Source: Octopus sinensis (lineage: Eukaryota). Taken from it: a stretch of 64,000 bases of DNA. This document shows, piece after piece, positions 13,496 to 24,902 of the stretch. The position numbers and the translations under genes were made by a program. Every line of letters starts with the position of its first letter. Within the stretch, counting starts at the first letter, position 1. A model generated the notes under the pieces. It was not told where the DNA came from, ran no database searches, and saw nothing but the letters and a program-made list of their open reading frames with translations. Where the stretch lies: positions 75,640,001 through 75,704,000 of the forward strand of contig NC_043005.1 in NCBI RefSeq assembly GCF_006345805.1. The letters are read 5' to 3'.

Positions 13496-14816
13496 TGTGT
13501 TTGTTCCTTGCCACCTCTTGCCAAGTGGTGTTGGTTTGTTTACATCCTTGTAACTTAGCAGTTCGGCAAAGTGACTAATAGACTAAGTACCAGGTTTAAG
13601 AAATTAAAATAAATACTGGGGTCAATTTGATTGACTACAAATTATTCAAGGTGATGCTCCAGCATGGCTGTAGTCTAATGATTGAAAAAAGTAATAAAAA
13701 AAAAAGGTTTATTCAGATTCATGCTTCTTTTTTCATTATGGTAGGCACTGATTAAAGGAAGATTTGAATGGTGTTTATATCTGATCGAGTGATCACTTAT
13801 AGGCCCCCTTCATCACATTGCATATTTATTTTCTTTTTGGAAAGATAAAAAGCAAGGATAGAAAAGGGTCACATTGGTAGGGTTTGAACTCAGTACATAG
13901 AAATACAAAGCTAAACAGTCCATTACATCCAGTGAGGTACATTATAATTTCTGCCAAAACATCATCATGGCTTTTCTTAATTTAACATTTGGTTTTTAAC
14001 AAAATCTGATTAGAGTTCAACTAATTAGTTTTTCTCCTGCTCTCTTTACACACACCTACACACCGTGTTTCATTCATCTTCATCTTTCATCTATTCATCC
14101 TCCAATCAAAACACATTCTCATACATAACTTCTGAACCCTGCTTTCTATCTGCCCCTGCAAATGTTCTGATATTTTCCATACACACCTTCTCTTTGACTT
14201 CAAGAAAGAAAGGAGCCATGACTCTCTCCCAGTTATGAGATACACAGAACCCAGCTTTACACAACCAGGTATTTTTAACCCTTTCATTACCAACCTGGCT
14301 GAAACCGGCTCTGGCTTTGAATACAAATGTCTTGTTTTCATAAGTTTTGGTTGCATGGTTTAGTGGTTAGGGTATTTGGCTTATGATCATAAGGTCATGA
14401 GTTCAATCCCCCATGGTGTGTTGTGGCTTTCAGCAAGACTTTATTTTATGTTGCTCCCGTCCGCTCAGCTGGCAAAAGTGAGTAATATCTGCTTTTCAAT
14501 TGTCCAGCCTTGTCACATTCTGTGTCATGTTGAATCTCCCTAAATGCTATGTTAAGGGTACACATGTCTGAGGAGGGCTCAGTTCAACTGGAACCCTTGT
14601 CATTGTAACCAATAGAGTGCCAGTTTATGTCAACCTTTTAGCATTTAAACCGGCCATATCTGGCCCAAATATTCCATATGTTTTATGTCCAAACTGACCA
14701 CATCTGGCCTCTCACAGCTACCCTACAATGTCATCTAAAAATAAACAATCACATCATCGAAATCTTGAAGTTATGTGATAATCCATGATTAATTCAAAAC
14801 AATGTGAATAAATAGC

Positions 14817-15066
14817 ACAGGAGTAGCTGTGTGGTAAGTAGCTTGCTTACTAACCACATGGTTCCGGGTTCAGTCCCACTGCGTGGCACCTTGGCAGGTG
14901 TCTTCTACTATAGCTTCGGGCTGACCAAAGCCTTGTGAGTGGATTTGGTAGACGGAAACGGGAAGAAGCCCGTCGTATATATATGTATATATATTTGTGC
15001 ATGTGCGTGTATATGTTTGTGTGTGTGTGTGTGTGTGTCCCCAACATTGCTTGACAACCGATGCTG
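14817..15066 (+). mobile_element. SINE family A, 5' portion
   Basis: caggagtagctgtgtggtaagtagcttgc...gacaaccgatgctg. Confidence 0.85.
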
Positions 15067-15699
15067 ATTTGACTCAGTCTAACTCAGCCAACCATTTTAG
15101 TGGTCCAGCCATGTAGTGGTCCATCCACCATTGTAATTGTCCACCATTATAGTGGTCTGTATAGAGAAGATAGTAAAACCAATTGAAAGGATATTTGGAT
15201 GGTGTTTCTAGCAGATGAAGTAATCAATTACAGTTTCGGTCATTGGCTATATGTTTGTCATCGCATTGGAAGGACGAAAAGCAAAAGGAATTGAGGGGAA
15301 TTGAAATTAACATGTAGAGGCACAAAGCCAAAAGCCTTAATACATCCTGTGAGGTACCTTCTATCATCATAACTTTTCTAAATAACATTTGAAATAAATA
15401 AATGTTCCTTTTCGAGCCATACCAGGCTCATAGGGGCTGATTTCCCGGTTTCAGTGGCGTAGAAATTCCCCACCTGGACGGGATGCCGGTCCGTCGCAGG
15501 ATTACTCATTTTTGCCAGCTGAGTGGACTGGAGCAATGTGAAATGAAGTGTTTTGCTTAAGAACGCAATGCGTCGGCCAGTCCAGAAATTGAAACCACAA
15601 TCTTACGATCATGAGTTCAACACCTTAACCACTAAGCCACGCGCCTCCACAAATAACATTTGGTTCCATCAAAATCTCAGAAGAGCTGAACTATTTATT

Positions 15700-15933
15700 T
15701 TCTATTTCTTTACTACCCACAAGGGGCTAAACACAGAGAAGACAAACAAGGACAGACAAATGGATTAAGTCGATTATATCGACCCCAGTGCTTAACTGGT
15801 ACTTATTTAATCGACCCCGAAAGGATGAAAGTCAAAGTCGACCTTAGCGTAATTTGAACTCAGAACGTAGTGGCAGACGAAATACTGCTAAGCATTTTGC
15901 CTGGCGGGCTAACGTTTCTGCCAGCTCGCCGCC
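15700..15933 (-). mobile_element. tRNA-derived SINE family B
   Basis: Minus strand ggcggcgagctggcagaaacgttagc...gttctgagttcaaatt...ctttcatcctttcggggtcgattaaataagtaccag...gggtagtaaagaaatag. Copies at ~1078, 1575, 3208, 4545, 18007, 31813, 40530, 40697, 43535, 50325, 61137. Confidence 0.85.
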
Positions 15934-16525
15934 TTTATTTTCTCTACTGAATTAATCTCCACTTTGTGGTGAAAATGGTAGGAACTGATTAAAGGGAGAT
16001 ATGGTTAGTATTTCTTGCTGCTAGAGTGATCACTTAGAAGTTCTGTTAGTTATGACGATGTGTGTTCCAGTTGAATTGATCAATGGAACTGCCTGCTCAT
16101 GAAATAAACATGCAAGTGGCTGAGCACCCTGTAGACATGCATGCCCTTAATGTAGTTCTCAGGGAGATTTAGTCTGACACAGGATGTGACAAGGCTGGCC
16201 CTTTTGAATTACAGGAACTACTAATTTTTGCTAGCTGAATGGACTGAAGCAACATGAAATAAAGTATCTTGCCCAAGAACACAACATTCCATCAGGAATC
16301 AAACTCATTATATTACAATCGTGAGCCAAATACCAAAGTGGTAAACCATGTGTCTTCACATGAATGTGTTATTGGAGGGATGAAAGGCAAAATTGATCTT
16401 TTCATTAGATTCTTTGTCTTTCTAAAGTAAATTTCTATTTTATTGTAAAATTTAAATTAGATTTCATTAAATTTTTGTTTGAGATTGTTCAACACAAATT
16501 ACTATTTTTGTTCTTTTTATTATAG

Positions 16526-16585
16526 GTTTCCTTATTAAGCCTTTAGAATTCACTGATTGTATATTTGAAATGAAAGAACTGGGAG
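16526..16585 (+). CDS. ARL15: ARL15 internal coding exon (60 nt; switch I to G3 region)
   Basis: Acceptor ttctttttattatAG at 16524-16525 and donor GTAAGT at 16586; phase 1 to 1. Translates (G)FLIKPLEFTDCIFEMKELG(G), matching ARL15 GFSIKAVPF...NVKELGG, with E in place of the usual D of DxxG. In frame with the neighbouring exons. Confidence 0.92.
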
Positions 16586-16771
16586 GTAAGTAACTATTTA
16601 AAATATAGAAAATTTCATTTATTTGTATTAAAAAAAATTACACTTTTTTTTATACTAAATGTTGACCAATAAATAAGTAAATAACAAAATAAAAGATAAA
16701 GAAATGGTCAATATTAATGAACTGCACCAGAAGTGGAAGAGCAGAATTGATGAACAAAGTGAATTCCTTAT

Positions 16772-17052
16772 TTACATTATTTACATTTGACGGATATTTG
16801 TCCTCATCTTGTTTGTTGTTAACACATTTCGGCTGATATACACTCCAGCATTCATCAGGTGTCTTGGGGAAATTTTGAACCTGGGTTCTCATTCCTAAGG
16901 TATTTTTTGATGTTATCATTATTAGTATTATTATTATCGTTATTGTTCAGGTCACTGCTTGGAATCAAACTCAGAATCTTGGGGTTAGTAGCCCGTGATC
17001 TTAACCACTATGCCATATGCCCATGGGCATATGGCGTAGTGGTGAAGTGATT
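16772..17052 (-). mobile_element. tRNA-headed SINE-like element with a hammerhead-like 3' region, a 5' inverted duplication and a 16 bp TSD
   Basis: TSD aaagtgaattccttat at 16756-16771 and 17053-17068. Minus-strand head gggcataTGGCATAGTGG...GAGTTTGATTCC (A and B boxes). Hammerhead-like gacac CTGATGA atgctg...cagcc GAAA t gtgtt at 16821-16863. Confidence 0.8.
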
Positions 17053-17129
17053 AAAGTGAATTCCTTATATTTGTTTTAACCATTTTGTTACTGTATTTTT
17101 GTTAAATACATTGTCTTTGTTTCAGTATT

Positions 17130-17482
17130 CTTTGTAAGCCTAGCACTTATTTTATCAGTCTCTTTTGCCGAACTGCTAAGTTACGGGGATGTAAACACAC
17201 CAGCATCAGTTGTCAAGTGATGTTGGGGAGATAAACACAGACAGACAAACGTACACACACACACACATACACACACACACACATATATAATATATATATA
17301 TATATATTTATACATATATACAATAGGTTTCTTTTAGTTTCCGTCTACCAAATCCACTCACAATGCCTTGGTCGGCCTGAGGCTATAGTAGAAGACACTT
17401 GCTCAAGGTGCCATGCAGTGGGACTGAACCCGGAACCAAGTAGTTCGTAAGCAAGCTACTTACCACACAGCCGCTCCTACGC
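17130..17482 (-). mobile_element. SINE family A, lacking its 3' end
   Basis: Reverse complement of the family A sequence. Confidence 0.85.
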
Positions 17483-17500
17483 CTATATATATATTCTTAT

Positions 17501-17577
<77 letters not shown>

Positions 17578-17593
17578 ATATATATATATATAT

Positions 17594-17643
<50 letters not shown>

Positions 17644-17664
17644 GTATATATATATATATGTATG

Positions 17665-17703
<39 letters not shown>

Positions 17704-18403
17704 TATAGATATACATATTCTTACACACATACATATACAGATATGGACAAACATAGACACACACACACAGTCATACATTCTGCTTCACTGAAGAAATTTA
17801 ATGACTGCAAACAAGAGCAGACTTACTATCTACTTACCATATGTGTTTTCACCATCATTAACCTACATCTTTAACCTTTTTGATAACGAACTGTCCAAGA
17901 CTGTCCATGGTACATTGATGCAAACTTCCCACTTTATAGTGACATGAATTACAATCTTCCATAAAATTTCATATTAATTTATGTTCTAAACACCAGTTTA
18001 AAAATGATTTCCAAATTTTTGAGGGAAGGGGAAGTCAATTACATCAACCTCAGTACCTGACTGGTACTTATTTTATTGACCCTGAAAGGATGAAAGGCAA
18101 AGCCAACCTCAGTGGAATTTGGATGCAGAACGTAAGAACATAAAGATGGACAAAATGTTGCTCAGCATTTTGTCCAGTGATCTAACAGTTTTGTCAACTC
18201 ACTACCTGAAGCACAAGCTTAACTCTTTAGCATTTAAACCAGCCCTCATCAGGCCCAAATATACTACTTGTTTTATGTTGATCACAGTCAAATCTGATCT
18301 CTTACACCTACCTTATGGTGTCATTCTGAAAATCATATCATGAATATCTCAAAGCAATCATATCATGAATATCTCAAAGCTACAAAATAATGCAATCTAC
18401 CTT

Positions 18404-18742
18404 TCACTCTGAGAAGAGGCCCTTTGTTACCAACAGAGGTAGGAGTTCTCTGAACTTTTCCCAACCTATTGTCATTCTAGCAGCTATGCTCTCAAAGCAT
18501 CCATCTCCATTACTGACTTGATCACTTAGATAATGGATGTTATCAACTACTTCTAGCTTTTCCCCCTGGCATTTTATTGAGTCTATTTTCTGTACACTTG
18601 TAGTGTTTATTGTACCTGTGCACCTTCCACACACAAAAACTAACCTTCCTGATATTGCAGTACTCCTTATGAATCCATGGCTTACACTTGGTACATCTCA
18701 TGGAGTTACTACCTACACATTTTCTACAGATCAAGCAGGGCC
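18404..18742 (-). mobile_element. RTE-like LINE RT fragment with an embedded Cys/His finger
   Basis: PCLICRKCVGSNSMRCTKCKPWIHK...CGRCTG...LEVVDNIHYLSDQVSNGDGCFESIAARMTIGWEKFRELLPLL (ORFs 18543..18908 and 18404..18634, frameshifted); resembles the RT EVVD.F.YLG motif and thumb. Confidence 0.75.
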
Positions 18743-18806
18743 GTCTGTGTGTGTATATACATACATACATATGTATGTATACATACATATATATATTTAT
18801 ACATAT

Positions 18807-18842
<36 letters not shown>

Positions 18843-19055
18843 ACAATGATAAATATCAAAGTAAGTTATATACAGTAGCGGTAACACATCGTGACGTATT
18901 TTTGCCATTTCAATATGGCTAACCCCTAAGGGTGGATGCTACTGTAGTTTTTAGCCCCAGGAGGACACACTCCTCCAGCTGGCCATAGACACACTATCTG
19001 TGTCCTGTCAGTATTTGCAAAGGGAAGTCATCCTTCCCGTCTTCAACTTATGATA

Positions 19056-19100
19056 CACACGGACTCGAGTTTCGAGGTATTGACCTCTCGTCAGCGTGTG
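19056..19100 (-). ncRNA. Minimal type-I hammerhead ribozyme motif, intact core
   Basis: Minus strand: cacacg CTGACGA gaggt-caat-acctc GAAA ctcgag TC cgtgtg. Stem I 6 bp, stem II 5 bp, palindromic stem III ACTCGAGT, GUC cleavage triplet. Confidence 0.85.
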
Positions 19101-19361
19101 ACAATCATAGTTGTCGCCGAGAATTAGATTTCCTTCAAAAAGTATAAGTATTTGTGTAAAACTACAGTAGCATCCACCCTTAGGGGTTAGCCATATTGAA
19201 ATGGCAAAAATACGTCACGATGTGTTACCGCTACTGTATATAACTTACTTTGATATTTATCATTGTTTGATTTCACTTTTTCAATACCAGCGACAGTGGA
19301 CGCTGGAAAAAGTATAAGTATTTGTGAAGGAAATCTAATTCTCGGCGACAACTATGATTGT

Positions 19362-19406
19362 CACACGCTGACGAGAGGTCAATACCTCGAACCTCGAGTC
19401 CGTGTG
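19362..19406 (+). ncRNA. Hammerhead motif, second copy, with a GAAA to GAAC core change at 19392
   Basis: cacacg CTGACGA gaggtcaatacctc GAAC ctcgag TC cgtgtg; identical to the minus-strand copy except at one core base. Confidence 0.75.
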
Positions 19407-19594
19407 TATCATAAGTTGAAGACGGGAAGGATGACTTCCCTTTGCAAATACTGACAGGACACAGATAGTGTGTCTATGGCCAGCTGGAGGAGTGTGTCCT
19501 CCTGGGGCTAAAAACTACAGTAGCATCCACCCTTAGGGGTTAGCCATATTGAAATGGCAAAAATACGTCACTATATATATATATATATATATAT

Positions 19595-19915
19595 GTGTCG
19601 GTGGCACATAAAAAACACCATCCGAGCGTGGCCGTCTGCCAGCCTCGTCTGGCACCTGTGTCGGTGGCACATAAAAAACACCATCCGAGCGTGGCCGTTT
19701 GCCAGCCTCGTCTGGCACCTGTGTCGGTGGCACATAAAATCACCCACTACACTCTCGGAGTGGTTGGCGTTAGGAAGGGCATCCAGCTGTAGAAACACTG
19801 CCAGATCTGACTGGACTGGTGCAGCTTTCGGGCTCCCCAGACCCCAGTTGAACCGTCCAACCCATGCTAGCATGGAAAGCAGACGTTAAATGATGATGAT
19901 GATGATGATGATGAT
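19595..19915 (+). mobile_element. RTE 3' UTR copy with (GAT)n tail (representative; others at ~8110, 9780, 20681, 31915, 33125, 37900, 39155, 42565, 43880, 44710, 59185, 59550, 59960)
   Basis: Shared cacccactacactctcggagtggttggcgttaggaagggcatccagctgtagaaac...ccaacccatgc.agcatggaa...(gat)n. Confidence 0.85.
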
Positions 19916-20600
19916 ATATATATTTATATATATGTATGTATGTATATGTATATATATATATTTATATATATATATATAATATATATATAATATATATATA
20001 TATTATATATATGTATGTATGATGTATATATATATATTTATATATTTATATATATGTATGTATGTATATGTATATATATGTATGTATCAGGCATATGCCA
20101 TCAGTAATTACTCAAGGTAGGCAGTTGGTAAACTTTATGTAGTAAAACTCACAAACAATAAGTGAAACACAAGTGCACAACTGAGTTGAAGGCAGATTTA
20201 CTTCTGCCTTTATAGTATATAAAGAAAACTTTGTTGTAGGAGTGTATGCAGCACATGTACTACAGCAGTACTATGCTTAGCTTAAATACTTAGATTGAAA
20301 GGTAGGGGCAAATTATGCCTACCTAATCTACAAAAAAGTAAAATACTTTGCATTTAATGCATAATAATCAGAGCAACTTTGTAACTTTATTGAATTAGGA
20401 GTATATTTTGCCATAAAAGGAAAATGTTGCTCTTGATCTATTTTATTCAAGGTAGGCACTGCCTACCTTGTCTACCCAGACAGCACGTCCCTGGTATGTA
20501 TATATGGACACATTCACACACACACAGATATATAGATAGATTAATATGTGTGTGTGTATATAGACATATATGTGTATATATATATATATATGTATATATA

Positions 20601-20641
<41 letters not shown>

Positions 20642-21359
20642 ATGTATATATAATATATATATATTTGCATATGAATGAAGTGCATGTGAATGAAGTGCTT
20701 ATCTCTAATTGTGGAAGGAACATGTGAAAGGGGCAGACCCATGAAAAAGTGGTGAGAAAGGATCTACGGGGATTGGGACTCTTAGAGGGGATGACAGGGG
20801 GCCAAAACTCCTGGTGGTTTGCTGTGCTTGAGTAATCACACTGAGTAAAAGCCTAATTGTCTTTGCATACAGCTTGTCCCCTGCATCCATCTGCAGCTTA
20901 GCATTCCTAATCTTACAGGCTTGTGGGTGCTGGTGCCATGTAAAAGGAACCCATACTGGTGCCATGCAAATGCACCTGTGCCAGTGCTGTGTTAAGGCAC
21001 CCAGTGCACTCTGTGAAGCGGTTGGCATTAGGAAGGGCATCCGGATGTAGAAACCATGCCAAAACAGACAGGAAGCCTGGGCAGATCTCTACCTGGCCAG
21101 CTCCTGTCAAACCATCCAACTCATGCCAGCATAGAAAACAGACATTAAATGATGATGATGATGATGTGTATATATATATATATACACACATATAAATATA
21201 CATACATAATTTTTCTTATTAATTTTAATTGGCAGAAAGTCAAACACAAAGGCCAAGACTTTCATGTACAGCAAATTAATAATAGTTTATCCATCTATCT
21301 ATGTCTCTCCTTCTCTTCCTCTTTCTTGCTCTCTCTCTCTCCTTATATATATATATATA

Positions 21360-21390
<31 letters not shown>

Positions 21391-21647
21391 TATATATATA
21401 TACATATATATATATATATGTATATATATATATTATATATATATATATATACACATATATATGTATATATACATATTTATATATATATATGTGTATATAT
21501 ACATATTTATATATGTGTATATATACATATTTATATATATATGTATATACATATATTTATATATATAAATATATATACTTGTATATGTTTGTATATATAT
21601 ATATTTATATACGTGTGTGTATATATATGTATATATATATATGTATG

Positions 21648-21709
<62 letters not shown>

Positions 21710-22222
21710 CATATGTTTAATCATACATATATTTGTATGTATGGGCGTATTGACCCGTTTGATGTTGACTACCCATTTATATATTCAGAGATGTTGTGCT
21801 GTTGGTGGTGGTAAGGGGTCATTCTGTATAAGTTTGCCTTAGCTAAATTTCGAGGAAGGATTAGTAAAAACTTTTGGCTTCTTTAGCCGGAGTGCTTATC
21901 GTTGTTAATGGAATACCAGTTCCAAGCGAAAATTAATATTACGATGTTGGTGTTGAATGAAGAAAGAAAAATAAGAAAAGGTATCTCATTAAAAATCTCA
22001 TTATAAAATATTGGTATTTGCTGGTTTCTGATTATTGATGGCAGGAATTTTATAGATGAAAGATGTTGACTAAATGATTGAGGTGTTGATTCAACATAAA
22101 ACTGGTTAAAAGTCTAAAAAGTGTGTATTTAATCAAGCATGTATAATTGAATTGATGTATCAACATATTTCTTTCGCTCTCTCTCTCCTTTTACAATCAA
22201 ACACACATGCACAAACACATGC

Positions 22223-22565
22223 ATAACAACAACAATAATAATAATAATAATAATAATCATCATCATCATCATCATCATCACCACTACCACCACCACCACC
22301 ACCACCATCATCATCATTATCATCATTACAGTATTATAATCATAAATATAGTCATCATCATTATCACCACCACCACCACCACCACCACCATCATCATCAT
22401 TATCAAAATTGCAGTATTATAATCATAAATATATTCATCTTCATCATCATCATCATCATCTTCATCATCATCATCATCATCTTCATCATCATCATCATCA
22501 TCTTCATCGTCATCATCATCTTCATCTTCATCATCATCGGCATCTTCATCATCATTGTCACCATC
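22223..22565. repeat. Compound trinucleotide microsatellite (AAT/CAT/CAC); similar tracts at 40893-41040 and 59027-59183
   Basis: Directly visible. Confidence 0.95.
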
Positions 22566-22910
22566 ACATTTTACATCTACTTCTTACATAATGCTGACAT
22601 AAGTCAGACATCTAATAATGTCTAGCCACCTGCTGTTATACTTCATTGTGTTGCATATACAACATGAAAGAAAGAATGCCCAACTGTATTGCTTTGTTTG
22701 CCGTTATTTTTGGCATAGTTTTCTATCGTTGGATACCCCTCTCCCTCCCTCGTCACCACTTTGTATATTACGTACCGCTTCAGTGTATGGACTGGGTTTG
22801 CTTTTATGTGTCACTAGCACTAGGCAGGTTATCGAGGGCAGAATATACTGAATCTCTTCTCTTTGCTGTGTGTGTGTGTGTGCATATGTATGTGTACATG
22901 TGTATATCTA

Positions 22911-22941
<31 letters not shown>

Positions 22942-22950
22942 ATATATATA

Positions 22951-23029
22951 TTTGAGCGTGGTCGTTGCCAGAACTACCTGACTGGTCCACTCGCCGGTGG
23001 CATGTAAAAGCATCCACTACGGGCATGGG

Positions 23030-23078
<49 letters not shown>

Positions 23079-23160
23079 GCACCCATGCCCGTAGTGGATG
23101 CTTTTACATGCCACCGGCGTGTGGACCAGTCAGGTAGTTCTGGCAACGACCACGCTCAAA
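22951..23160. repeat. 80 bp inverted duplication around a (TA)n loop
   Basis: 22951-23030 is the reverse complement of 23081-23160 with 1 mismatch seen. Confidence 0.9.
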
Positions 23161-23885
23161 AGGTGCTTTTTATGTGCTACCTGCATGGGAGCCAGTCCGG
23201 TGGCACTGGTAACGACCACGCTCGAATGTTGTTTTTTACGTGCCAGTAAGGCGACGCTGGCAACGATCATGCTTGGATGGTGCTTTTCACATGTCACCAG
23301 CACAGGAGCCAGTCTGTGGCCCTGGCAATGATCATGCTCAGATGTGCTTTTAACGTTCCACTGGCATGAGTGCCAATCAGGTATTACTGTCATCAGCCAC
23401 GTCAGCGATTTTGATTTGTTTACACTTGCCTCAATAGGTCTTCACAAGCAAGGTTCACTGTCCAATGAATGAGGGGTACTCATAAGTGGGCCGGTTACAC
23501 TCCATGTTCGGATGTGCTTTTAATGTTCCCCTGGCATGAGTGCCAATCAGGCGGTATTGTCATCAGCCACGTCAGCAATTTTGATTTGTCTTAATAGGTC
23601 TTCGCAAGCAAAGTTTATTGTCAAATGAATGAGGGGTATTCATAAGTGGGCTGGTTACACCCCTGGCATAGGCCACGAGGTTATGGTCTCACTTGACTTG
23701 TCGGGTCTTCTCAAGCACAGCATATCTCCAAAGGTCTCAGTCACTAGTCATTGCCTTGGTAAGGTCCAACATTCAAAGGTCAAGCTTCACCATCTCATCC
23801 CAGGTTTTCCTGGTCTACCTCTTCCACAGGTTCCCTCAATTGCTAGAGTGTGACCCTTTTTCACACAGCTGTCTTCATTCATTTG
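23081..23885 (-). mobile_element. RTE-clade LINE 3' fragment
   Basis: Minus strand reads EDSCVKKGHTLAIEGTCGRGRP...LWRYAVLEKTRQVK*, then the sub-repeated 3' UTR with an internal ~170 bp duplication. Confidence 0.8.
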
Positions 23886-24174
23886 CAAATATATATATTA
23901 TATACATACATACACATATAAAAATACATATACATATACAGACAAATTGCATAAGTAAAATTACGTAAATGTTGATAGCGAAACATGTCCATGATTAATC
24001 TATATTTTTGTTATTTCTCATTTGTCTTGCTTGATTACATTCTGCCATCTGCTGAATTTCGTTGAGAACATTTCTTAGTGGTAAGACCATAGCGGATCTA
24101 CTTCTAGCATAAGTGTTGTCCATGTTGTGGTCATCTCTCAATCCAAACAAGAAAACACAAAAAAATCACAAAAA

Positions 24175-24352
24175 AACACAGCAACGCGAGGACGTGGAAC
24201 AAATAAAGTATTATTGGATGCTCAGGAAAGAAGGGAAGAAGGAGGGTTTAACGTTTTGAGCGGAGCTCTTCGTCGGAAACATAGGAGAAGGAAAGATCCC
24301 AAGAAGGGAAGACAGAGGAAAAAAAATTGCTGGCGGTGCTCACGAGGTCACA
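24175..24352 (-). mobile_element. Short repeat with a degenerate minimal hammerhead; related copy at ~7230-7330 (-)
   Basis: Minus strand gttt CCGACGA a gagc-tcc-gctc AAAA cgtt aaac at 24246-24280. Related cttt CTGAAGG a gagt-gtag-gctt GAAA tatc gaag at 7292-7327. Both are followed by a similar ttcctg.gc.tc.aa..a.tac tract. Confidence 0.5.
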
Positions 24353-24902
24353 TGTTGATATATATATATGTGTGTGTATGTATACATATTGTATATGTAT
24401 ACATATTGAACTTCTGTGTATTAACATATACCTCCTTGCGTCAATGTAAACTTTCATTTTTATCAAAATAACTTTGGCCTGAAGGGTGGCCTGCAGTATA
24501 CACCTTGCTTGCATATTTACCACTTTTGATGTTCTGCTTACTATGAAACATATGTAGCCCAGATATTATCTACTTCATTCTATAATTTTTGTATATATAC
24601 CTCTATATATATCTATATATTCCCTGGATAATGGAACTGCAAGTTTAACGTCCAACATATATCTTTATCTTTATTCTTATACGTCCCTTTATACTTCATA
24701 TATCTCTCCCTTTCCAAAATAACTTCTCATATTGAACCCTACTATTTCCTTCTGTTTAACTTTCTTATATCATGTCTGATGATGGGATATCTTTTATATT
24801 CCTGAAACAGCTGTAAGAGTACCCTTCTCTTTATGTCCTAGAAATTTCACACTGCCTTGGTCAGCATGGGAATAAAAACCTTCAAATGTATTAATTATTT
24901 AA

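Larger units (their letters stand above)
18842..19571. mobile_element. Non-coding hammerhead-bearing element: inverted copy (18842-19137) followed by ~1.2 head-to-tail copies of a ~353 bp unit
   Basis: actacagtagcatccacccttaggggttagcc recurs at 19161 and 19514. 18842-19137 is the reverse complement of the unit. (TA)n on both flanks; no credible ORF. Confidence 0.85.

Noticed and set aside
23965-23995. GAAACATGTC hammerhead half-motif
   Set aside because: No upstream CUGANGA core with a matching stem I.
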